Shown here piece after piece: positions 38,001-51,164 of a DNA stretch of 64,000 nt. Position 1 is the first letter of the stretch. The number at the start of each line of letters is the position of its first letter. A program made the position numbers and the translations under genes. A model generated the notes under the pieces. The model did no database searches. It was not told where the DNA came from and was given only the letters and a program-made list of their open reading frames with translations. Source of the stretch: the human T2T-CHM13v2.0 reference genome, Homo sapiens; the NCBI RefSeq assembly GCF_009914755.1, contig NC_060925.1, one strand, 5' to 3'.

Positions 38001-41000
38001 GATATCAGCTCTGGAGCCTGGCTGCAGGGTTCAGGACCCAGCTTTGACACTCTCTGGTTGAGTAACTTCAGCCAACAAGTTGTAAGCAACATCCCTGTGA
38101 CTCAGTTTCCTCCTCTGTGAGGGCCGGGTGACAATAACAACACCTACTTCATGGGAGTGTTGTGAAATTGAGTTTTACAGATGGGGAAACTGAGGCATTA
38201 ACTTGTCCCAGATCACTCAACTACAGCATGTTACAGCTGGGCGGTTCTGGCCCATGGGAAGGTCTAGAGAGGTTATTAGCTATTATTGTTCTTATTGCAA
38301 AAGGCTTTCCCTGAGAATTGAATGAGATCAGTTTTCAGTGCCTCGCACAGGGTCTCGCACACAGGAGGTGCTCAGTGAACCTCTCACTGGTACACTGATG
38401 AACGAGGCCTGCATCGGCTCCTGGAACTCAAGGGCGAGGGACCTGATGCTGACCTTGCCCACAGTAGGGGCACAGCCATGTTCATTGAAAAAAGATCATA
38501 GAAACAACAGGTTGAGGAAGTCCGGGAAACCCAGAGGCAGCCACCTTCCACGCCCGTCTTCCCTCTTCTGCTGGAGGCAGGCTTGGTTCCAACAGGCTTG
38601 GGGCCTTCCTGATGCCAGCTCTCACCCACCACCAAGTAGAGAGGCAGAGGCAGAGATTCCTGTTAAATAAAGCAATCACGAACGATAGGAAGGAGGCGGC
38701 GAGCTCAGCCACGGGCCCAGCCTTCCAAGTTTGCTCACTGCCCAGCTTCTTTGGTCTCATTTCCCTTTGGCCAACCACCTGGCTCCTGGTTCCCCACCAC
38801 ACGGAGTCTTTTTCTGAAGAGCACGTGCCCCACGCCCCCTGCCTGCCGGTCCTGGGATGGCGTCGGGTGAAGGTAGGAAAAACACTCTGAACCCTGGGCC
38901 CTCCCGCCCCTGCCCACCCCTGAACCCAGAGCCTGAGTCCAACAGGCTGACCAGTGAGGGGCTAAGTGGATCAGTCAGGACCTGGAGGAGGAAGTGGTTT
39001 CCATGGCAGCAGCCAGAGTCTGGAAAAGAGGCCTGGAGAGGAAGCCGGTGGAGAAGAGCGGGAGATGTCGGAATGGGTGAAGGGGAGCGGGAAGCGATGG
39101 GCCAGGAAGTCAGGGGAAGGGGTCAGCCAGTGAAAGATGGAGGGTGGGAATGGGGAAGCGGGTTCAGGGCCCAAGGTGAACAGCAGTGGCTGGACAGGGC
39201 AGGAAAGAGCGGTCGGGACCAGCGACCCCATATCTGTCACCACCCAAGGGCCTGTCACTGACTTCCTGGCTTGGATGATCTGGGATCCCAAGCTAAGCTC
39301 TCTCTGGTTTTTCTTGGGGTAATTCAACATTGGAAAAGAAAACCTGATTTCTCAGAGGTGCTTTCTCACATTGGAAAAAGGTTCCTACCAGTTTGCCCAC
39401 TGGTAAATCATGACTGGGAGGTCTGGGGTGTCCCTCTAGTCAGGAGTAAGGGAGCTTTCCATGGTGACCTTGTCCTGTCCCAGCTTCACCACCCAGGGCC
39501 TCAGGACAAAGGGCTTGAGGTGCAGAAGCTGAAGCTGAGAGCCGATGACCTGCCTGAGGTCACACAGTCCTGGGAGGTAGAGCAGAGTGTGGTGAGCCCC
39601 ACCCGTCCAGCACCAAAAGTCCCCTTGCAGTGTGAAGATAGAACTGAGAAAGATGTGGCTCAAACATGGCCCAGTGTGAGTCAAGAGTTGTCCCCTCGTT
39701 CTCACCCTTCAAGGTCAGCAGGAGGAAATGGCCAAGGAGCTAAGGCAGCTGGGCCGCCAACGATCAGGCCAATTTAAGAGACGTCTATGGCAGGGGTGGA
39801 GCCTGAGACGGGTCCCAGGCTCCCTGAAGCGGGTGAGGGGAGGGCTTAGGGAGGGAGCTGGGGGCAGGGCGGAGAGGGCATCGGCTGGAGTATTCTGGAA
39901 CTTCTCCCCTCTGTGCCTACTTTCTTTGGTACCCCTCCTAGCCAGCCCTGCATTCCAGTGGATGCCACAGATATTTTGTACCCAATGAGCAACTGTATGA
40001 CAGAAACCATTTTCAGGTTGGGGGGCGGTGAAAATCATACTAATGGCTTTTTAAAGGCCCTGAAGAAAAAGATTTCAGGCAGCCTTGGAATTGGCGAAAA
40101 CACATAAGGAGGAAGGTCATAAAATTCCCAGTGTCCAGGGGCTCAGCTCTTAGGTAGTGGGGCTTTTCCGGAGGCTCCAGGCCCCCTGTCCAGCGCTGCC
40201 CCATCCCTGCCTCTCTCCCCGGTCCCACTCCCCCATCCCACTCCCAGGCTGTACAACCTGGGAGACCTTCCATCTGTGCTGAGTGTTCTCAGGGAAGCCC
40301 ACCACATTAAGAATGGCCGGGCTCCTGACTGGCTCCCCAGCCAGAGGAATGGCTGGAAGGTGGCAGGAGACCCCAGGCAGTGGGCTCCCAGCCCCATGGA
40401 ATGATTCTGCCGTGTCTTTTCCCTGTTTGGCTGGGGGAGAAGTTGGACCCAAATTCTCCTGCGTTGTGTGGTGAAAAGAGCACCATGTATTTCTGGTTCA
40501 TTGAGATACCTTGACTCATTAAGACTTCTGGCTCACAGCAGCCACAGCTGCCTATCACTGAGCACGTACTCCACATCCGCCTCTGGATGGATGCATAGGC
40601 TTTGTAACAAGATGGCCGGATCGCCAAGCCTCCCCAACCGCCTGCAGGGGGCGGTCATGAGCCCCCATTTCCCAGAACCTTTGACGGATCACCTGGTCCA
40701 GGTGGCCCGGCCGCTTCTTCCCAGATCTGCTGCTGATTGCTGCCTGGCCTTGCATAAATCACCTCCCTGTCTTTAGTTTTCTTGACTGGACAAACCAGGA
40801 CTAGCTGGTCACCCTGGTTAAGACCAGACTCTTCTGGGAGAGCTATTAAAGGAATGGAGCTTCTCCATGTACATTCTGTGCTCACAAGACAGGTCCCTTA
40901 GCTCAAGGGAGGGTCTCCTGTGTCCCCCTGCTTTTCCGCTTGGTGCTGTCCAATGGCCCCACCCCTCCCGGAGGAAGTGTGTCCCTACTGTGTCCCTGGA

Positions 41001-43519
41001 AAGGGCCTGATGGAGGAGAAAACCCAGGGCTTGGCCAAAAGGAGGGTAGGGAGTCATTTCAGGATTTCGGGTTATTCCGTCTTCGGTATCCTTGGAGCTG
41101 AAACTTCGCCTTCACAGGCAGGTCCCCAGGAATATATTGACACCATTGTTAAGGTGTCCTTAGTCAAGTTCACAGCAGGGAGGATGAGACAATTTGCTCT
41201 TGAGCTAGGCCTGGAGTCTGGGTCCCACTTTCTGGGCTGAGCTCGAGTGTAGACCCACCTCCACCAGGCAGGGAAAGACAGAGAGTGCATCGCCATCTCT
41301 TTCAGAAGCCGGAGGACAGGAAGCAGGTACAGAGCAGGGGCTGGGAGAGCAGAGCAAGGCTCAGCATTCGGTTAGTGCAGGGGCCATGTCTGTGTGTGTA
41401 CAGCTTTCTGGCAGCCCCTGGTGTTTGAAAGAACCCCTGTCCTCAACGAATGTCCATTCAACGATATTCATTAGGCAGCTGCCCTGTGTCAAAAACATCC
41501 AAGCACTAGGCTCTGGTATTTGGGGTTTGGTGAAGCCAATGGAAGGAGACCACCCAGTGTGTCTGCGGTGGGGCAGGGCAAGGGTAAACAGATGGATGGA
41601 CTGAGGGGGAGGGAGAAGGACTGAGGCCCTGAGTCTTCGAGCGGGCTTCTCTGACCAGCAGCAGCGGTACCTGGTGGCTGGTTAGAAATTCTCAGGGCCC
41701 CGGAATGATTCTGCCATGCCTCTTTCCTATGTGGCTGGGGGAAAAATTAGACCACAACTCCCCAGCATTGTTTGGTGAAAAGAACATCAGCTATTTTTGA
41801 TTCATTGAGACTCCAACTGTAGGCTCACCATAATCTGCGCTGGAACCAAATCCTCAGGGGATTCTTGTACATCCCAGAACCCCCCTGGGGTCTCCTGTAA
41901 GGGACCCCACCCCACCACAAGGTCTAGGGAGGCCCTTTCCTGCCTGTCTCCATCTGTTTTCCCAGGTCTGCCAGCTACCACAAATGCTACCCCCAGTAGC
42001 TAATCTATTCCCCAGTCCTGGGAGGTTTGTGCTCTCACCCAGGGACTGTGATGGAAAAGCAAGATGCCGTGAGGGCAGCCGGGGATAGGCAGCAGCCAGG
42101 GCTGGCTGAGCAGGTGCACACCTGGGTCACTAGGCCAAGCTCACTGACCTGAGCCACCCACAGCTCCCAGCCACCTCTGCCAATTACACAGGTGTGAGGA
42201 GGTGGGGGGAAGAGCAGAGACCTCTTCCCCGCCCATGCCCCCCCCTTTTTTTTCCAGGGAGTAGCAAACCTTTTCCATGTGTCTTATTAGCAAACATCCC
42301 TCTAGTACCCAGAGTGGCCAGACACTTTATCGCCAGTTTTATTAGCTCTGCCTCACGGCTCTGTCCAGGTGGAGCAGGCATTCTGCAAATGTTGCCCCCA
42401 TATCACAGGGCATGACCCTGAACTTGGAGAATGAGCAGGTGTTGGAGGGAGTGAGAAACAAGGCCCAGGCCTCAGGGAAGAAGCAGCCCATCAGGGATGC
42501 ATGGCAGGCGCAGAAACAGTAAAACTTCATTACTTCATGCTTGGGATCTTTCCAGCAGGAATGAGGGAGGGCAGAGCCCAGGCAGGCACTTGGCTCATAA
42601 GATTGCAGGGGATGTGTTTAACCTACTTGCAGGAACAACTCTGTCCCCAGCCCTTTAGAAGCTTGGTTTCCATGCAAACAATGGTTATACAAATGAAAAG
42701 CCTCTCTCATCTCTTCATTAAAGCACAGCCTCAAAGGACCCATCACTACCTGAATCTTCTCTGTTAGCCCAGAATGAGATACTGTGTATATAAATGAAGA
42801 CGTTTGAATTACAAAATGCTTTTTAAATCGGGTAGATTATGAAAGTTTGGTCCTGAAGAGTCTTCTCCTTCAGTTGCTGAATTTTGGCAAGGATGCAAAA
42901 CCACACACCACGTTCCTCCCTCCATCTGTCCCTCCCTTCCTCCTGTCTGGGTCTGGGCCACATCTGAGTTTGCAGTCAGACTGAATTTGGGCTTGCTCCC
43001 GTAGTCGATGGAAGCTGCAGGAAGGGTTTATGTTGGGAAAGGACAGGCCAGATCTTCGCTGTCATAAGGTCACTCTGACAGCAGGGTGGGGGCCTCAGGC
43101 AGGGAGATGGTGGCAAGAATGAAGACAAAAATGGAGAGGTTCTGGGCCAAGCAAGACAGTGGGGTGGAGGCGAGGAAACATCGATGAGCCTCCTGTGCCA
43201 CAACATCCTCTAATCTGGGCGAAGATTAAAAGAAAAGAGGGTCAGGGGCACCCAGGCAAATGTCATGCACCCTTTTCTCATAGAGAAATCCTGTAGCTCC
43301 CCATTCTTCCTCTCCAAGCCTTTTGATCCACGTTGCACACACAATTCCAACAGGACTTGTTATTTGAAGCTCACTGCAAATTGACAGCAACACTTAGAAA
43401 GTAGGAATAGGTTGGCGGGGAGGGGCATGAGGGGCAACATGGAGTGAGCTGCTTCTAGAAGAAGGCACTGAGCAGTGTGGGCAAAAAGACAAAAACTCAT
43501 GAAAAACCAAGAAGCCATC

Positions 43520-44105
43520 ATGCAGCCACTTTAGAAGACATTTGAGCAGTGTCTTATAAAGTTAGGTATAGGACCAGCCGTGCCATGTCCTCATTTGCAC
43601 ACACAGCACCTCTCCCTGGGCTAACAGAGACGATCCAGGTAGCTGCCAGGCCTTTGAGGCTCTGTTTTAATGAAGAGAGAGCCATCCAGGTGTCCATCAA
43701 CAGGAGGATGGGTAAGTAAATGGTGTGTAGCCACGAAATGCGATGCTGTTCAGTAGGGAAAGGGACGCAACAATTGGTGAAGGCAACAACATGAATGAAT
43801 CTCAAAATAATGACAAGGAGTGGAAGAAACCAAGCAAAACATAGTACACACTTTGTGATTCCATTTATATAAAATCCTAGGAATCATGATTTATAGTGAC
43901 AGAAAGAGGATCAATGGCTGCCTGAGGATGAGGGGCATAGATTATAAAAGGGCACAAGGAGCTTTTTGGGAGAGATGAGTATGTTCATTATCTTGATTGT
44001 GGCAATGGTTTCAATACATTGAAACTTATCAAATGTGGAAATGCTGAGTAGGTACAATTTATTGTTTGTCAATTATACCCCAATAAAGCAATTAATAAAA
44101 TTGAA
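43520..44105 (+). mobile_element. Old L1M (L1ME-like) 3' end
   Basis: aacatgaatgaatctcaaaa…gtgattccatttatataaaat…atgttcattatcttgattgtgg…tcaattataccccaataaagc. Confidence 0.75.
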
Positions 44106-44334
44106 ACAAACAAAGGCAAGGATCCCAGGAGACATTTAGCATCAGGATAAACTCACCTAACACATTGCAAAACCCCTAAGACTCGACAGGATGAGATTGA
44201 TGTTTGTTTTAATGACCTTGATCCTGGGACAGGTTAATTAACGTCCAGCCTCCTCCCTCTAAGAAGTAGACGGATGTAGACAGGAGGCAGATTCCAGAGA
44301 AAAGGTGTCTTTATAGTGTGGTCATTTAAAAGTA

Positions 44335-44701
44335 TAGATGTTCCCGGACTTATGATGGGATTACGTCCCAATAAGTCCATCGTAAGTTCAAAATATCTTA
44401 GGTCGAAAATGCACTTAAAACATCTGATCTACAGAACATCATGGCTTAGCGCCTAACCTAGCTTAAATGTGCGGAAAACACTTTCATTAGCCTACACTCG
44501 GGCAAAATAATCCAACACAAAGCCCATTTTGTAATAAAGAGCTGAGTATCTCATGGAATGTATTAAATACCATACTGAAATTGAACCATGGAATGGTTGT
44601 ATGGCTACTCAAAGTCTGGTTTCTACTGAGTGTGTATGACTTTCACGCTGTCTTAAGTAAAAAAATCGTAAGTTGAACCATTGTGAGTCGGGGACCTTCT
44701 G
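44335..44701 (+). mobile_element. MER47A (TcMar-Tigger MITE), full length
   Basis: agatgttcccggacttatgatgggattacgtcccaataagtccatcgtaagtt…cgtaagttgaaccattgtgagtcggggaccttctg; terminal inverted repeats and TA flanks. Confidence 0.85.
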
Positions 44702-46692
44702 TATCGTTTTGTCTGTCTTGTTCCCTTATATATACTCAACACCACAAGCGGTGCATGGTACATGGTGGGTGCTTAACGATTTGTTTTAAAATTTTCATCA
44801 ATTAACAGTGTAAGGAGAAGAATATGACAAGCACTCCCAGCATGCCAGGCCCTGTTGTAAGTGCACTGGTATGTGTTCATTCATTCAGGCTTCAGTTCTC
44901 AGCAAAAGTCAAATATTGGATCACTTGGTTCTTCAACAGCACAGGAAAAGCAAATCAAACTCATTTCCTGTGTCCTCACAGCTCCACCCTCCCCTCCAGT
45001 GTCTCCATTCTATGAAAATCTAGGATTCTTCCCAGTGGAAAGGCAAAACCAGGAAAGGAAAGCTAAGCAGAGGCTGTAAACTCGTGTGGGGCGTGGAGAA
45101 TGTGCACAGGACTTGCTCAGCAAACCTCAGTCATCAGAATTAAGGGGCCCGCCAGAAGCTTGGAGCAGGAAATTTAGGAAAATAAAAGGCCATCCTGTTT
45201 CTTCCAGCAGGGAGAAAACATATGGCTCTCATTACCTAGAGAGGTGGCAAGCCTCAGAATAGAGACACGCTCAAGAGTGATGGAGGCAAATTCAGAGACC
45301 AGAGAGCTCAAATCAATTTGCTGATAAAGGAAGATCTGGGGGCAGTGGGGGAGAGCATTCATGGGCTCCAGCCTCCATCTGGCTTGAATTCAAATCATGC
45401 CACCTACTCACTCTATGTAGCAAAGATTCAGTTAGAGAGGGTAAAATGCTCAGTGCAGTGCCTCCTACTGTAAATCTTTATACATATTGGCACCTCCCCA
45501 GATGCTGTAATCCACAAGACAGGTGTCATAGCACCCATGTATCAGATGGAGAAACCGAAGCTCAAAGAAGCCAAAGGACCTCATCCAACATCACATGCTA
45601 GTCAGGTGCAGAGCCAAGACTAGAGCCCAGGGCTCTTGACTCCTGGTGCAGACTGTTTCCACTAACCTCATTCATACAGGTGATACTCCTTGAGCACCTA
45701 CCAAGTGACCAGGCTTCCCTCCTTGCCTGGGAGGGAAAAGAAACAAGTTATACTGCAGCATGACATGGACAGGTATGTGCTCCCAGAGACAGATGCAGCC
45801 CTGGAGAGGTGGAGATGAATTATGTCTTTGGAGGGCTGGGCAGTCAAGGTAGCCTGCCTGGTGGAGGTGGCATCTGAATGTAGAGCCTATAGAGCTTAAC
45901 ATTATAGGCACAAGCATGGAGGCAGGGACCAAAACCTCTAGCATCCGTGTACCCACTCCCAATCCAAGCCTCAGTTTAGGGCATGGCATACTTCTGTTGA
46001 AGGTGGATGGCCCACAGCCCTGGCTCCAGATTCAGCAGAAGCTGCAGTGCCCAGCGCTTGCATGGCCTTACCTAGTGAAGGCATGCAGGTCACGGGGCAT
46101 GCAGCATCCGCCCTCGCTGTGCCTGGCTTTTCAAAAACACAATTACTCACCCTTCAGAGATGCCGTCGGTGTTGGTAAACTCCAGCCGCTAAACTGCATT
46201 ACACTGATCTCTCCAGAAACCTTTGCAGTTATTAATAGTTTATTGATCACAGCCCATTGCTGATGAGAGCAGGCCTCCTCACCCTCACCCCCCTCGGGTC
46301 CCTGCTATCTGTGGAAAGCCTTCTATTCATCATGCAGATCAATGCCACTCAATGCTGGGGAAAGGGAGTCTCTGGGCCACTTAATCCACTTTAGAAAGAA
46401 AACAGAAAAGACCAAATTTTAGATGAGGTGCTGAGAAGAGATGGATTGGTCAAAATCAAAGCTGTGACCTGGCAGCTGTTTGGTCTGCCAATGAGAACTA
46501 GAATCTGCCTTGGTTGGAAGTGGGGGGATCCTGGCCATGTCAGATGGTAACAGGGGAAACCAGGTGAGGGGTGTACAGCGATCTCTGTTATATTTGCAAA
46601 TCTTCTGTGATTCTAAACTTATCCAAAATACAAATTTTATTTTTTTAGAAAATAACTTGGCTCATGGGAGGAATGGAAAGAATGCCACTGTA

Positions 46693-46791
46693 GCTGGAGG
46701 AAGGGGCAGGGGCGAGAGAGAAGGGAAGGTGGGAGACATGGCTGGAGGAAGGGGCAGGGGCGTGGGAGAAGGGAAGGTGGGAGACATAGCT
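46693..46791 (+). repeat. Tandem duplication, 2 x 48 bp
   Basis: gctggaggaaggggcaggggcg(a/t)g(a/g)gagaagggaaggtgggagacat(g/a) at 46693 and 46741; 3 mismatches. Confidence 0.95.
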
Positions 46792-46861
46792 AGAGATGTA
46801 GAAGGAAAAAGTGTGCTGGGCCCTGTTGGCCAAGATGATGATTCTTATCTCTCTTTTTGCC

Positions 46862-47120
46862 ATTTTTTATTGATAAACTTTATTTTTTAGAGCAGCTTAA
46901 GGTTCACAGCAAAACTGAGCAGAAAGTACAGAAAGTTCCCACCTGCCCCTGTCCCACACATGTACAACCTCTGCCACCATTGACTTCCTACACTTCAGTG
47001 ACACATTTGTTACCATCAATTAACCTACATGGATACATCGTTACCACCCGAAATCCATAGTTCACAGTAGGGTTCACTTCTGGTGTTCTGCATTTACTAG
47101 GTTTTGGCACATGTTACTAC
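46862..47120 (-). mobile_element. L1MC-type 3' end
   Basis: actttattttttagagcagcttaaggttcacagcaaaactgagcagaaagtacagaaagttccc…ccatagttcacagtagggttcact. Confidence 0.75.
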
Positions 47121-47211
47121 CTTTTGAAATATTTTTATCGAATTGATATTGCTGTTTCATATTTTAAAATTTACAGTTTTATTTCTATTTAGGAGATTTT
47201 TATATTCTCCA

Positions 47212-47700
47212 TTTTATTTTATTTTATTTCCATAGGTTATTGGGGAACAGGTAGTGTTTGGTTACATAAGTTCTTTAGTGGTGATTTGTGAGATTTAGGT
47301 GCGCCCATCACCCGAGCAGTATGCCCTATCCCAATTTGTAGTCTTTTATCTCTCACCCCCTCCCACCTTTTCCCCCAAATTCCCAAAGTTTATTGTATCA
47401 TTCTTATGCCTTTGCATCCTCCTAGCTTAGCTCCCACTTATGCATGAGAACATACAATGTTTGGTTTTCCGTTCTTGAGTTACTTCCCTTAGAATAGGGG
47501 TCTCCAATTCCATCCAGGTTGCTGTGAATGCCATTATTTTGTTCCTTTTTATGGCTGAATAGTATTCCACGGTATAGATATATACCACAGTTTTTTAATC
47601 CACTCATTGATTAATGGGCATTTGAGCTGGTTCCGTATTTTTGCAATTGCAAATTGTGCTGCTATAAACATGCGTGTGCAAGTATCCTTTTCATATAATG
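47212..47700 (-). mobile_element. L1PB-type (L1PB1-like) 5'-truncated 3' end
   Basis: ccataggttattggggaacaggtagtgtttggttacat…gcacc/gcgcccatcacccgagcagta…tagcttagctcccacttat; minus-strand ORF2 C-terminal remnant. Confidence 0.85.
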
Positions 47701-49893
47701 TCTTTGTCATAAAAGCAGAGAGAGCCTTTGTTGGGACTTAGGTAAGGGAGTACCATTCATCTCATTTGCATTTGAAAAGATCTAGATTCTACCTGGAGAA
47801 TGGATCAGGAGGGAGATTACCAGGGATAGAAAGTCCAGTAAACCTCTGCCTCCATATTCCAGGTGAGAAGAGATGCTGACTGTGGAGATGGAGGGAAGTG
47901 GATAGTTCAGGATCTATTAGGAGTAGAACACCCAGGACTTGGTCGCTGTCTGTATTTGGAGGGTGTGGAAGTGGGAGATGTCAAGGAGGGTGCCCAAGAG
48001 TGTGCCTTGGGCTAATGGTGGAGGACAGGTCTGGACATTCAAGGAACTAGGGAACCTGGGCTTGCTCCTTCAATCGATGGTAGAAGGAGCATCTGGAGCT
48101 GTACACATAGTCCTCAGTGAGAAGCTGCCTTTTTCATAAAGCAGCAATCCCGGTGTACCCCGAGCTGTCTTCTATACCACCTGTGAGATGTCACCTACAT
48201 GTGTCACCCAAGCATATTGCTTACGTTACTATCACCTGAGCATGTCATCAGGGTAGCAGTTGCCTAAACATGACACCTGTGTCGCTATCCTATAAACACA
48301 TCTTCTGCAGCCATCACCTAGGTGGTGGTTACCTGCACGTATCTGCCTGGGTGTCAACCATGTTATTATTATCTTATTACCTCACCTGGAGAGCTGCCAG
48401 CTACACATGTCTCCTGAGCCTGTTTCTTTACAGAGCTGTCACCTGAACCTGCCACCTGAACTCCTTTCACCTACAAAAGTCATTTAAGCAGGTTGTCTTT
48501 ATAACCAACACCTATGAGTGTCACCAAGTGCAAATTCTGCTCCTACTGTTTGTAAGCCATGGGGTCTTGGGTAAGTCATGCCATCTCTCTCTGAGTCTCT
48601 TTTTTTTTTTTTTATCTAAAATATGTCACTCCAGGTGACTGTCACTCAGTAATGGCGCCTGGTAGAGAGGCTATTTTTTCAGTCTAGCTGAGTTACAAAC
48701 AAAGAAAATCATTCCCAGAGGGGAGACTGGTCCCCTGCTGTTCCCATGTCACTGCGCTCTTTATTCTGAGATCAGGGAGTGGAGGGGGACGGCGTCTTCT
48801 CAACAAAGTCCCCCTGATGAAAAGCTTCCCATTCTTTAAGTCCTTCCATGACAGTCGGTAGACCAGATGTCAACCTCTGTGTGTTCTATGTAAATGAAGG
48901 TGTTTGTTTATGCTAATGTGTGCTGGGTGGTGGGAGGGATGGGCTGGCTCAGCTCACTAAGACGACAGTGATGGAAAAAGAGGCTGGCAGCCCAGGTGTG
49001 GGGGGACAGTGAGTCACAGGGGAAAAGGAGCCAGAAGACGAAGATGGAGCAGGTAGCTAAAAGGAGAGAAGAAAAGAGCGAAGCTGAGGTTATGTTGCTC
49101 TGCAAAAGCAGGTGGGAGAGCAAAGTGGGAAGTGTGTCCAGGAGGCTGAAGGGAGGATAAGAACTGGATTGAAAGAACCTCCATTCTCAGGGGTGGCAGA
49201 TGGGTCACACGCCCAAGAGCCTGAGCGCCAACCAACTGCTGCTCTTTTGTGTCCCCAGTGGGGTCCTTGTCAGGCAGGTTAGTCAGGTAAGTCCATGGGT
49301 ATGGATCCCTTCCCATAGTTTTCTGCTATGACTTGAGAACTTCTAAGACTTAAACAGAACCCCAGTCCCTCTAAGTTGTAGCCAGAATAGGCTGGAACTC
49401 GCATGAAGACAGACATATTTCCCCAATGCAGCAATGACATAGCCTCTGCAACTCCAGGCCAAGGCTCCTTCCCATCCAAGTGTCCAGATTCCACTTGCCA
49501 GGAATTCGCTCTCCCCACAGAGCTTCGCAGGACCCAGGAAAAACACAAAATGGCCCCTCTATCCATTTGGTGCAATGTTCCTGCTTACAAAAGTCCTGCA
49601 GGGACATCATTGCATTTAATCTTCACTGCAGTCACAGGAAGTAGCATCTCCACTGTTTAGGAAAGAAAATGGAGTCTCCAGGAGAGATGGACTGACTTAG
49701 CCAAGGTCCCATGATTTACAAACAGTAGGAGCAGAATTGGAACCTGGTTCTCTTTGACTCCATGTCAAGGCTCTTTTCAATATAGAAGGGAGGAAAGAGC
49801 CTCCCTGCTTGCATTTTCCATGGGGAGACAGAGCAACATACCAACTCATTTTCACATGGTCTGACCCTATAGATGCTATGGAAAGATCCAGAA

Positions 49894-50215
49894 CAGGAGC
49901 CATCCAACTACAGCCTGCAGGCCAAATCTAGCTCATCGCCTATTTTTTTACAACTTGTGAACTGAGAATGCTTTTTATACTTTGAAATGGTTGGAGAAAA
50001 AAACAGAAGAAGGATATTGTATGGCAAATGAAAATTATGTGAAATTCAAATTTAAATGATCATAAGTAAAGTTTTATTGGAGCACAGTTGCACCAATTTG
50101 TTTACACACCGATTGTAGCTGCTTTTGTGCTGCAAGGACAGGGTTGAATTGCAATTGTAAAGGGCAAGAAAGCCTAAAATATTTACTCTCTGGACTTTTA
50201 GGAGAAAAGACTGAA
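49894..50215 (+). mobile_element. MER58B-like hAT-Charlie element
   Basis: aactacagcctgcaggccaaatctagc…gaaaattatgtgaaattcaaattt…aaagttttattggagcacag…aagcctaaaatatttactctctgg. Confidence 0.8.
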
Positions 50216-50960
50216 AGCAGGTTTGAGGGGGTCTCTCCCATCCTTAGGGATCACCTCTTCTGAGACACCCTCCCAACTACCTCAGAGGTGGAAGTGGCTG
50301 CTCCCCAACCTGAGCTCAGATAAGCTCACGCTTTTCCATGTGAGTGTGGAACCCAGATCAGCTTCTCTACCTCCTTGTCTACTGGGATGGGGGCTCCTTT
50401 GGGACCTGAATTTTATTGTCTTTCTCTTCCATGATCTCAGGACTGGGCATGAAGTGGCAGCATGGCGGCATGGAGAGAGAAATTCAAATTTCCATACTGG
50501 TTCTTATTAGCAATTGAGTTCCGTCCTGAGCCTCAGTTTCCTTGTTTATGAAATGGGAATATGGACCCTATGTGGAGGCCGTCATGAGGAAAGAGGGAGC
50601 CGATGCCTCCAGTGACAGTTTTGGTCCCATACTGCATGCAGCGACATACTAAATGCCCATACCTCTTCACCTGTGCCATCCTCACGGCTCCCTGGAAGTG
50701 GGCACCATCCCAGGCTCATGGAAGCCAACAGGCTAAATAACTGCTCCAGGACCCACTGAGCACAAATTGGGCTCTGGCTGAACACAGTCCACACCTTCAC
50801 TGTCTGAGATGCCGAGCACAGGGTCTGCATACAGTCGGTGTTCCATAAATGCTCCCCTCCTCCCAGCCCAGCACACAGGCCTGTGTTTGTTAGTGGAGGC
50901 TGCACCAGTGGGCATCAGGATGAGTTTCCTTGAACGCTGCCTCACCCAGCCCCACGATGA

Positions 50961-51164
<204 letters not shown>

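Noticed and set aside
40935-40960. RE1 right half GGACAGCACC on the minus strand (also on the plus strand near 13368)
   Set aside because: No matching left half at a plausible spacing.
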